Source: Candidatus Saccharimonadota bacterium (lineage in GTDB: Bacteria > Bacteroidota > Bacteroidia > Cytophagales > Amoebophilaceae). From it: a DNA stretch of 32,000 nt. The translations under genes were made by a program, and so were the position numbers. The first letter of the stretch is position 1, and each line of letters begins with the position of its first letter. Positions 19,647-27,640 of this stretch are shown here, piece by piece. The notes under the pieces are model-generated. The model was not told where the DNA came from. It saw nothing but the letters and a program-made list of their open reading frames with translations, and did no database searches. The stretch lies in contig NZ_OW441264.1 of NCBI RefSeq assembly GCF_936981045.1, positions 930,001 to 962,000 on the forward strand, in the 5' to 3' direction.

Positions 19647-19973
19647 ATGAAGTTAACCAATCAAAATCAAGAAACTAAAGAAGCGCTTCTTAAAACCTTT
19701 GGATTCAACAACTCCGACAAAAGCGAGCTTTTTAAAACCTTTGGATTTCAAAAATCTGAGCAAGACAGTGGTTCCTCTGAATCGCAGATTGCATTATTTA
19801 CATATAGAATTAAACATTTAACGGAACACTTAAGTGTTAAAAAGAAAGATTACGCTACAAAATTAGGTCTTTTGAAGTTAGTAGGTAAGCGCAAAAGGTT
19901 ATTAGCCTATCTTAAAAAAGTAGACTTAAGTCGCTATAGAGATATCATTACCAGCCTTGGTTTAAGAAAGTAG
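19647..19973 (+). CDS. rpsO: 30S ribosomal protein S15 with a 14-residue N-terminal tandem duplication
   Basis: The C-terminal 75 aa ([22 protein letters not shown]...[17 protein letters not shown]...LGLRK) are canonical S15. The protein is 108 aa, longer than the ~89 aa usual for S15 (from memory). Confidence 0.92.
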   Translation: MKLTNQNQETKEALLKTFGFNNSDKSELFKTFGFQKSEQDSGSSESQIALFTYRIKHLTEHLSVKKKDYATKLGLLKLVGKRKRLLAYLKKVDLSRYRDIITSLGLRK

Positions 19974-20129
19974 TGCATCTTTTCTGCCATTTCATGGCAT
20001 TTGGTTATTTCCAAAAATTTTCCTACATCCAATTTATGCACAAAGTTTTAGGGGAAAAGTTTGATTATATATTTTCCCTACTCTTTAACCCATTTGATGC
20101 CATTATATACATCATTCCATCGTACCTAT

Positions 20130-22277
20130 ATGCTCAGAACGCTGATTTCAAAAACAATACAGTTACCAGATAATCGGATCATTACTATAGAAACGGGTAA
20201 GTTAGCTACTCAAGCTGATGGTTCCGTTTTAATCCGGATGGGTAATACGATGCTTTTAGCCGCCGTAGTGGCTAAAGCAGCTGCAGAAGAAAGCGCCTTT
20301 AACTTTTTACCCCTTTCTGTAGACTACCAAGAAAAATTTGCTGCCTCTGGTAAAATACCTGGAGGCTTTCTAAAGCGGGAAGGTAGGCTAGGAGACCATG
20401 AAATTTTAATCGCTAGATTAGTTGATCGTGCCATTCGCCCTCTTTTCCCAAAAGGATTTAATAGTGAAATTCAAGTAAATATATCTTTGATATCTGCTGA
20501 CGAGACCATTTTGCCAGATGCACTTGCTGCCTTAGCGGTCTCTTCCGCTTTATCTGTTTCTTCTATTCCATTCCATGGACCTATTTCTGAAGTACGTGTA
20601 GTACGTGTAGATGGTGTTTTTTCAATCAATCCACCATTTAATCTGCTTGAAAAAGCCGATATGAACCTTATGGTAGCGGCCAGTGATGATCATATATTAA
20701 TGGTAGAGGGTGAAATGCGTGAAGTCCAAGAAGCGGATATGCTACTGGCCATTCGTTATGCCCATGATGCGATTAAGCTACACTGTCAAGTCCAACGAGA
20801 ACTTATGGAAGCCGTTGGCATTGAAAAAAAAATAGATCAAGCTGGCGATGTGCATAGTACCGTAGTCTATCCAACTGCTTTACGTGACGCCATTTATGCT
20901 GATCTATATGCGGTTGCCAAACAACATATACCTTCTAAAGCGCTGCGCAAAGAAGCTTTTATGGCAGTAGCGCATCGTTACAATGAACAGCTTGCCAAAG
21001 ATCAAAATGGTGGGGCACTAGCTGCTGCGCAGCAGAAGGAATTTCTGCTTGAACTCCAAAATCAAGCCACTCGAGCGCTTATATTAAATGAGCACATTCG
21101 TTTAGATGGTCGTCTATTAGACCAAATTAGACCCATCGAATCTGAAATAGATTACCTGCCATCTGCACACGGTTCTGCACTCTTTATAAGAGGTGAAACA
21201 CAATCTCTTACTACGGTTACACTTGGAAGCAAGTTCGATGAGCAAATCATTGATAGAGCTATGGAAGATGGCTACAATCGTTTTATGCTCCATTATAATT
21301 TCCCTGGCTTTTCTACTGGAGAAGTGAAACCCAATAGAGGGCCTTCTCGTCGGGAAATAGGTCATGGCAACTTAGCTATGCGGGCACTAAAAGCTGTTCT
21401 ACCACCTGACAAAGAAAACTTATACACCATACGTGTGGTATCTGACATTCTTGAATCCAATGGATCTTCTTCTATGGCCACCGTTTGTGCCAGTTCCTTA
21501 GCGCTAATGGATGCAGGTATTCCTATTAAAGCAGCCGTTTCAGGCATTGCTATGGGAATGATTACAGATTCTGCTACAGGTCGCTTTGCTATTTTATCTG
21601 ATATTCTGGGAGATGAAGACCAGATCGGTGACATGGATTTTAAGGTAACAGGTACCCACCAAGGGATTACAGCATGCCAAATGGATATGAAAGTGGCTGG
21701 TATTTCCTATGAAATGCTCGAAAAAGCCCTACAAGAAGCAAAAGCAGGAAGGTTACATATTCTTCAAAAAATGAAAGAAACCATAGCTACCCCTCGTTCA
21801 GATAGTAAGCCACATGCCCCTAAAATTGTCACTATAGAAGTTGAAAAAGAGATGATTGGTGCCATTATTGGATCAGGTGGAAAGGTTATACAAGAAATTC
21901 AAAAAGAGACCTATACCAATATAAATATTGTAGAACAGGGTCATAAGGGTATTGTTACCATATTTGCCGGAAACCAAGAAATGTTGCAAAAAGCCGTTGG
22001 TAGAATAAAGAGGCTTGCTGCCAAGCCAACCATTGGTGAAGTATATATAGGAAAAGTTAAGTCTGTGCTGAACTATGGCGCATTCGTAGAGTTTATTCCT
22101 GGTAAAGATGGCTTTTTACATGTTTCAGAAGTCCGCTTAGAACGTACTGAAAATTTAGAAGAGGTATTGGAAATTGGAGAAGAATTACAAGTAAAGCTTA
22201 TTGGAGTAGACCCTAAAACAGGTAAATATAGATTATCCCGTAAAGTACTGCTTGATGTTGCAGCAGCTGGAGGATAA
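20130..22277 (+). CDS. pnp: Polyribonucleotide nucleotidyltransferase (PNPase)
   Basis: Two RNase PH domains, KH (IGAIIGSGGKVIQEI) and S1 (GKVKSVLNYGAFVEF). Start at ATG 20130 (MLRTLISKTIQLPD...) gives 715 aa. The ORF track start 20061 is probably an upstream extension. Confidence 0.93.
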   Translation: MLRTLISKTIQLPDNRIITIETGKLATQADGSVLIRMGNTMLLAAVVAKAAAEESAFNFLPLSVDYQEKFAASGKIPGGFLKREGRLGDHEILIARLVDRAIRPLFPKGFNSEIQVNISLISADETILPDALAALAVSSALSVSSIPFHGPISEVRVVRVDGVFSINPPFNLLEKADMNLMVAASDDHILMVEGEMREVQEADMLLAIRYAHDAIKLHCQVQRELMEAVGIEKKIDQAGDVHSTVVYPTALRDAIYADLYAVAKQHIPSKALRKEAFMAVAHRYNEQLAKDQNGGALAAAQQKEFLLELQNQATRALILNEHIRLDGRLLDQIRPIESEIDYLPSAHGSALFIRGETQSLTTVTLGSKFDEQIIDRAMEDGYNRFMLHYNFPGFSTGEVKPNRGPSRREIGHGNLAMRALKAVLPPDKENLYTIRVVSDILESNGSSSMATVCASSLALMDAGIPIKAAVSGIAMGMITDSATGRFAILSDILGDEDQIGDMDFKVTGTHQGITACQMDMKVAGISYEMLEKALQEAKAGRLHILQKMKETIATPRSDSKPHAPKIVTIEVEKEMIGAIIGSGGKVIQEIQKETYTNINIVEQGHKGIVTIFAGNQEMLQKAVGRIKRLAAKPTIGEVYIGKVKSVLNYGAFVEFIPGKDGFLHVSEVRLERTENLEEVLEIGEELQVKLIGVDPKTGKYRLSRKVLLDVAAAGG

Positions 22278-22332
22278 TAGGTAGCATTTACTAAATATTT
22301 TTCACATGTATTTAACTTTAACTTAGGAAACC

Positions 22333-23196
22333 ATGAGACAACTGAAGATAAGCAAACAGATCACAAATCGTGAAAGTCAGTCCTTAGACAAATACCTTCA
22401 GGAGATTGGCAGGGTTCCACTGCTCAATGCTGATGAAGAGGTTGAACTTTCTAAAAGAATTAGAATGGGAGATAGAGCTGCCTTTGAAAGGCTCACCAAG
22501 GCCAATCTTCGATTTGTGGTTTCTGTAGCCAAGCAATATCAAAATCAAGGACTATCTTTGAGTGATTTGATTAATGAAGGCAATCTGGGTCTTATTAAAT
22601 CTGCTCAGCGGTTCGACGAAAAGAGGGGATTTAAGTTTATCTCTTATGCCGTTTGGTGGATTAGGCAATCCATCTTGCAAGCCCTAGCGGAACAGGCTAG
22701 AATTGTACGCTTGCCATTGAATCGCATTAGTTCGCTTAGTAAAATTTCGAGAACTTTTTCTCGCTTGGAGCAAAAGTATGAAAGAGAGCCCACTGTTGAG
22801 GAACTGGCTCAGTTTTTAGAGGTCGATCCGGAAGAGGTACGCGGTGCGTTAAAGGTTGCAGGACGTCACATTTCCGTAGATGCCCCCTTTTTACAGGGTG
22901 AAGAAAACAGCCTATTAGATGTCTTGGAAAGCGACGTAGAAAAAAAGCCAGATAGTGAATTAATGAATGATTCTTTGTGTAAAGAAATCCAACGTTCATT
23001 GGCCATACTTACCCCTAGAGAACGTGATGTGCTCTGCTATTATTTTGGGCTTAACAATACAGAAATACTGACTCTAGAAGAGATAGGGGGCCGCCTTGGA
23101 CTAACAAGGGAGCGCGTGCGTCAAATAAAAGAAAGATGCATTAAAAAACTAAAAGCAGCCGTTAGTAGCGAAACACTCAAGTGCTACCTAGGGTAA
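22333..23196 (+). CDS. rpoD: RNA polymerase primary sigma factor (Bacteroidota-type short sigma-70)
   Basis: 287 aa. Regions 2-4 are present ([48 protein letters not shown]). Confidence 0.93.
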   Translation: MRQLKISKQITNRESQSLDKYLQEIGRVPLLNADEEVELSKRIRMGDRAAFERLTKANLRFVVSVAKQYQNQGLSLSDLINEGNLGLIKSAQRFDEKRGFKFISYAVWWIRQSILQALAEQARIVRLPLNRISSLSKISRTFSRLEQKYEREPTVEELAQFLEVDPEEVRGALKVAGRHISVDAPFLQGEENSLLDVLESDVEKKPDSELMNDSLCKEIQRSLAILTPRERDVLCYYFGLNNTEILTLEEIGGRLGLTRERVRQIKERCIKKLKAAVSSETLKCYLG

Positions 23197-23201
23197 TATA
23201 G

Positions 23202-23270
23202 GCTACTTTTTTCTTCATAAAGAAGTAGCTAAATCAAGCCTTGGTGCAAAAAATTGCTGAAGGTCTACCC
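23202..23270 (-). repeat. REP-like double-hairpin repeat, copy D (inverted relative to copy A), starting 6 nt after the rpoD stop
   Basis: GCTACTTTTTT-CTTCAT-AAAGAAGTAGC, then AAATCAAGCC and TTGGTGCAAAAAATTGCTGAAGG. Aligns to the reverse complement of 8321..8403. Confidence 0.65.
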
Positions 23271-23413
23271 TGAAAGATGGAAAATTAGAAACCGCCCAAC
23301 GGCCTTATTAAACTGATTTTCTATTCATCTTTAAGGGCAGATTTCCTGCTGGTAACTTTCTACAAAGAGACGTTTTTTTACACCCTTTAATCCCATACCA
23401 TTCATAAAAATCT

Positions 23414-24349
23414 ATGTCTCCTATGCCACTCGTTATTATTGGAGGAGGTCCAGCTGGTTATACAGCTGCTATTTACGCTGCCCGGGCAGGCCTGCATCCG
23501 ATTCTATACCAAGGTCCAAACCCAGGTGGTCAATTAACCATTACGGGGGATGTAGAGAATTACCCTGGCTATAGAAATGGTGTAACGGGCCCTACTATGA
23601 TGGAAGACTTTCAAGCGCAAGCAGAACGATTTGGCGCTATTGTGAAAACGGGTACCATCACTAAAGTCGATTTTGCTACCTATCCAAGGCGATTAATACT
23701 AGATAGCGGTGTAGAGCTGCTTGCGCAATCTGTTATTATTGCTGCTGGTGCATCTGCAAAATGGCTGGGTTTACCTGCAGAAAAAAGACTATATGGGAAA
23801 GGGGTTTCTACCTGTGCCATTTGCGATGGTTTCTTTTTTAGGGGCAAAAGCGTTGCCGTAGTGGGTGGAGGAGATACGGCTGCAGAGGAATCGCTTTATT
23901 TAGCCAACCTTTGCCAAAGGGTCCATCTCTTAGTGCGTAAAGGCCAAATGCGTGCTAGTAAAATTATGCAAGAACGGGTTTTTAAAAACACCAACATTCA
24001 AATCTGGTTCGATACAGAAGTGAAGGATATTATAGGCCAAGAGCATGTAAAAGCCATAGAAGTCATTCATGCCCTATCTAAGGCGACCACTATTATAGAA
24101 GCTACTGGCTTATTTGTTGCAATAGGTCATCAACCCAACACTTTACCCTTTTTACCTTATATAACAGTAGACGACCAAGGTTATATTCAAACCAAGAAAC
24201 GCACTACGCACACCAATATTCCTGGTATCTTTGCGGCTGGAGACATTCAAGATCCCCATTATAGACAAGCTGTAACTGCTGCTGGCACAGGTTGTATGGC
24301 TGCACTAGATGCAGAACGTTTTCTACAACAACCGTATAGAGATTTTTAA
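23414..24349 (+). CDS. trxB: Thioredoxin-disulfide reductase
   Basis: 311 aa. FAD motif GGGPAGYTAA, redox-active CAICDG, NADPH motif GGGDTAAEE. Confidence 0.93.
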   Translation: MSPMPLVIIGGGPAGYTAAIYAARAGLHPILYQGPNPGGQLTITGDVENYPGYRNGVTGPTMMEDFQAQAERFGAIVKTGTITKVDFATYPRRLILDSGVELLAQSVIIAAGASAKWLGLPAEKRLYGKGVSTCAICDGFFFRGKSVAVVGGGDTAAEESLYLANLCQRVHLLVRKGQMRASKIMQERVFKNTNIQIWFDTEVKDIIGQEHVKAIEVIHALSKATTIIEATGLFVAIGHQPNTLPFLPYITVDDQGYIQTKKRTTHTNIPGIFAAGDIQDPHYRQAVTAAGTGCMAALDAERFLQQPYRDF

Positions 24350-24370
24350 CAAGAGATCTATCATTTAAAA

Positions 24371-25213
24371 ATGATGTATCACACCACTTACCTACAATCA
24401 TTATTTTGGTTATTGCTCAGTATACTTTCAAGTTGCTTGAATGATTTGGTTACCAAGTATTTAATCACGGGGCTAACCGCTTGCCAAATCTGTTTTTTTC
24501 GTTTTACCTTTGGTAGCTTGGTCTTAGTGCCTATTATCTACCATAGGGGATCTTTTAAAACACAACGTCCACTGCTACATCTATTTCGGGGGTTATTTTT
24601 ATCTATTGCCATGGGTTTGTATGCCTATAGCCTCACTCAAATGACCATGAGTAGTACAACGGTAATCGGGTTTACCAATCCTATTTTTGTATTGATCTTA
24701 GCAAGAATTTTTCTTAAAGAAAAAGTTGCCCCGCCTATATGGATGGCTACAGTATTGACTTGTATAGGCATGGCTTTAATATTGCGTCCTACTATGTATA
24801 ATAGCGCTGCCTTATCGTGTATTCTGGCAACCGTTATTTTTGCCTCATTGGATATTATTAATAAAAAGTATATTGCACAGGAGCCTATCCTTTCCATGCT
24901 TTTCTTCTCCAATTTGGTCGCCTCCTGTTGTATGCTACCAGTAGCCTACTATTATTGGAAAACACCTACCCTATTTGAACTATGCTTTTCAAGCGTACTG
25001 GGCATTGGTAGCAATCTCATTCTTTATTTCCTATTAAAAGCTTTAGAACGATCAGATGCGGCTTCCTTAGCGCCTATGAAGTATACCGAATGGGTGACTT
25101 CCATCTTATTAGGCTATCTTTTTTTTAAAGAATGGCCAACGTTTAGTACTTGTTTAGGAGCCGGTATAATTATTTTTTGTACCTGTTTTATCGTATATTA
25201 CCAGAATCGCTAA
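24371..25213 (+). CDS. EamA/DMT-superfamily membrane transporter
   Basis: 280 aa with ~10 predicted hydrophobic helices in two EamA-like halves. No substrate assignment is possible from the sequence. Confidence 0.75.
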   Translation: MMYHTTYLQSLFWLLLSILSSCLNDLVTKYLITGLTACQICFFRFTFGSLVLVPIIYHRGSFKTQRPLLHLFRGLFLSIAMGLYAYSLTQMTMSSTTVIGFTNPIFVLILARIFLKEKVAPPIWMATVLTCIGMALILRPTMYNSAALSCILATVIFASLDIINKKYIAQEPILSMLFFSNLVASCCMLPVAYYYWKTPTLFELCFSSVLGIGSNLILYFLLKALERSDAASLAPMKYTEWVTSILLGYLFFKEWPTFSTCLGAGIIIFCTCFIVYYQNR

Positions 25214-25300
25214 CTAGCAGCTAATACACTAACAAGATCCGTTTCGCATTGGTTCATTATTTCATATCTGTCCAAGTCAGGGTAAATAAGGTATTTATAT

Positions 25301-25376
25301 CACGCTTTTTGCTTGATAAAAAATGTGCAAAAAATCAAGCCCTATGTAATTTGCTGAAAGCCCCCCTTGCAGGAAG
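25301..25376 (-). repeat. REP-like repeat, copy C (inverted relative to copy A), downstream of the EamA gene
   Basis: CACGCTTTTTGCTTGATAAAAAATGTGCAAAAAATCAAGCCCTATG... is the reverse complement of the GGGCTTGATTTTTTGCACA...AAAAAG.GTG core of copy A. The second hairpin is degenerate. Confidence 0.6.
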
Positions 25377-25388
25377 TGTTGGGTAAAC

Positions 25389-25407
25389 CATAGGCGTCAA
25401 GTTAAGG
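25389..25407 (+). repeat. Solo IS4-type terminal repeat, variant
   Basis: CATAGGCGTCAAGTTAAGG versus CAATGGCGTCAACTTAAGG. The next ~60 nt resemble those following the solo repeat at 8773 (TAGATTTTA.AA motif). Confidence 0.6.
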
Positions 25408-25505
25408 ATTAATAGCTCATATTATAGATTTTAAGTATCAAAACAGCATTTTATATTCTCTTAAATAATAGGATTTTCTATGAAATAAAGGGGAAGCGTA
25501 TAACA

Positions 25506-25777
25506 TCATACGATCAATAAAACTGTTATATTATGATTCTTTATATTGTTTAAGTCATTGCGTAACCAGATAGATCTTACGCCGCCAGGAGAGACAAATA
25601 TACCTTTCTGTTTTAACTCGTTGGATACTCTAAGTTGACCATAGGCTGGATAGTCTATGACCATATCTACTGCTGCTTTTTCTATGATAGGATCTACTCT
25701 ATTAGCTAGAATGGGTTTCTTGCGGCTTATCTCATGTAGTGCCTCCTGACCACCTAGTTCATACAAGGACTTAAACC
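25506..25777 (-). pseudogene. IS481-like transposase remnant, part 2 of 2 (interrupted by the IS982-like element, truncated at the 3' side)
   Basis: ...FKSLYELGGQEALHEISRKKPILANRVDPIIEKAAVD...PAYGQLRVSNELKQKGIFVSPGGVRSIWLRNDL is the N-terminal HTH region of a transposase type I recall as IS481-family. The family call is from memory. Confidence 0.6.
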
Positions 25778-25791
25778 ACCTCAGTTCGGGA

Positions 25792-26918
25792 TTAGACGTA
25801 TTGTGAACCAGTCATATATATATTAGTTATAGAAGGTTTTTTCTCTTTTAGTGCATAACCTGTAATTCCAGCTATCAAATTGGCTAGAAAATTAGGTATG
25901 CTTCTATGCCTGGAATGTTCTATCTGGCTAATATTTTTGAGCTGATCTATAATAGTTTCAATTATAACGTGAGTTCGGGATTAGATTATTTTTTCATTTG
26001 ATAATCAATATTAATAAAAATTTATAAAATTTGTTTTATAGACAGTTAAATAGGTAGTTGAATAAAAAATAATTCTGATAATCAGTTTATTATATATATT
26101 ATATTTATAAAATTAGATATAAAAACTTGTTAAATAGGTGCAAATATTAACTAAATAATTGATATTAAATTGTTGTAAATCAGTCAAATAAATCCCGAAC
26201 TCACGTTTATAGATTGTTTTCTAAGCATCAGTTTATCCCAGAGTCGCATAAAAGCATTTTTCATATTTTTTCTGATCTGGGTAATGAGTTCCACGCCTTT
26301 CTCGATCAGTTTCTCAAATAAATCTTTGCTTATGTAACCTTTATCGGCAAACATTTTACCCATCAAGTGTTTACATAAATTTTCTACAGGAAGCCTATCA
26401 TTAGTTTTACCTGTGGTCAGTTGAAAATTTATAATTTCTCCTAAATCATTGACTATCAAGTGCAACTTTAATCCAAAAAACCAACCGGTGCTGGTTTTAC
26501 CTTTAGTAGCAATCGATTTAAAAACCCTGTGCGTATAGGCTCTTTTGATATGGCAAACCTTGATGGCTGTTGCATCCATAAAATAACAACCTGTTTTTGT
26601 TTTAGAAAGACTTTGTGTAAAACAGTACAAGGGAACTAACGTTCTTTGGATCAGTTCTATAAATCTATTCTAGCTTACTAACTTTCCAAATTCACTAGAA
26701 TGAAATTGCTGTAAATGAATATAATAAGACTTAAAATTTCTAAAACTAATCACATGAAAGGCAATAAGAACAGTCATTATTTCACTCAAAGTTAATGAAC
26801 AAGTTCTAGTGGGTTTTCTTTTAGAGTTGGTTAACAGTTGTTTTTCCATATACGGCATAAATTTTATGAGAAATTCATTAACAGCATAATATATTTCAAC
26901 TAACTTTTCTACATTCAT
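25792..26918 (-). pseudogene. IS982-family DDE transposase, inactivated by an in-frame TAG (26670..26672) and by MITE copy 8
   Basis: The three pieces read MNVEKLVEIYYAVNEF...EFGKLVS-stop-NRFIELIQR...DATAIKVCH...GWFFGLKLHLIVN...ADKGYIS...IRKNMK...LMLRKQS, then the MITE, then [22 protein letters not shown]. Removing the MITE and one TTATA restores the frame. Confidence 0.85.
25967..26206 (+). mobile_element. 240-bp MITE, copy 8, nested in the IS982-like transposase gene
   Basis: Same termini. Perfect 5-bp duplication TTATA. Confidence 0.93.
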
Positions 26919-27028
26919 AACTGGCTCCTTTGGATAATCTGGTTAGTATTTTTTTATCTCCAAATTTAAAACATAAAGGAGCTTTTTAAAGCTATTTTTT
27001 AACAAGCTAATCCCGAACTCAGGTTAAA

Positions 27029-27091
27029 CCGGTAATAGCGATCTCTGCTATAACCCATACTTTTACAGGCTGAGACCGTTGCAATAGAAAA
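27029..27091 (-). pseudogene. IS481-like transposase remnant, part 1 of 2 (upstream side of the IS982-like insertion)
   Basis: Minus-strand FSIATVSACKSMGYSRDRYYR joins in frame to FKSLYELGGQ at 25777 once the IS982-like element is removed. Preceded by a TAG at 27092..27094. Confidence 0.55.
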
Positions 27092-27139
27092 CTAAGTTTT
27101 TATAAGATAGAGGTAATTATCGCCTAATAGTTACTTTTA

Positions 27140-27379
27140 ACGTGAGTTCGGGATTTATTTGACTGATTTACAACAATTTAATATCAATTATTTAGTTAAT
27201 ATTTGCACCTATTTAACAAGTTTTTATATCTAATTTTATAAATATAATATATATAATAAACTGATTATCAGAATTATTTTTTATTCAACTACCTATTTAA
27301 CTGTCTATAAAACAAATTTTATAAATTTTTATTAATATTGATTATCAAATGAAAAAATAATCTAATCCCGAACTCACGT
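27140..27379 (-). mobile_element. 240-bp MITE, copy 9 (inverted orientation)
   Basis: Reverse complement of the consensus. Flanks TTTTA/TAAAC (no duplication). Confidence 0.9.
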
Positions 27380-27504
27380 TAAACAATAATATTTCTAGTC
27401 TAGAAACATTACAAATATGTCCGAATTATTATAGTAAAACCATGTAAAATTTTCTATTGCAACGGCCTTGGTTTGATAATTTTTTGATCTAAGTTCATAT
27501 TGAA

Positions 27505-27571
27505 GAGCCGGATATGGGAAATCTGTAAGCCCGGTTCCCTGAGGGGTGCAGGGAGTAATCCCTGTATCTAC
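27505..27571 (+). ncRNA. Group II intron domain V / domain VI-like remnant (3' end of an intron)
   Basis: GAGCCGGAT-ATGG-GAAA-TCTGT-AA-GCCCGGTTC has the AGC triad, a two-helix fold with a 2-nt bulge and a GAAA loop region, as in domain V. It is followed by GGGGTGCAGGGA-GTAA-TCCCTGTATCTAC, a domain VI-like helix with an unpaired A and a terminal AC. Folded by eye and imperfect. Confidence 0.4.
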
Positions 27572-27640
27572 TCGATAAAGCTTGCACAGACAGATAATGC
27601 AATACAATGACTACTAAGATGTAAGTAAGATAAAAATGGC

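Larger units (their letters stand above)
25778..27024 (-). mobile_element. IS982-family element (1007 bp without the nested MITE), flanked by the 6-bp duplication TAAACC
   Basis: Ends ACCTCAGTTCGGGATTAG (25778) and CTAATCCCGAACTCAGGT (27024). TAAACC at 25772..25777 and 27025..27030. The host IS481-like reading frame is restored when the element plus one TAAACC is removed. Confidence 0.85.

Noticed and set aside
19973-20173. 66-aa ORF and the 23-codon N-terminal extension of pnp (start 20061).
   Set aside because: PNPase homology begins at MLRTLISKTIQLPD (ATG 20130). The upstream part is AT-rich intergenic sequence.
27395-27607. 70-aa minus-strand ORF downstream of ileS.
   Set aside because: It overlaps the domain V/VI-like RNA remnant and has no recognisable protein features.
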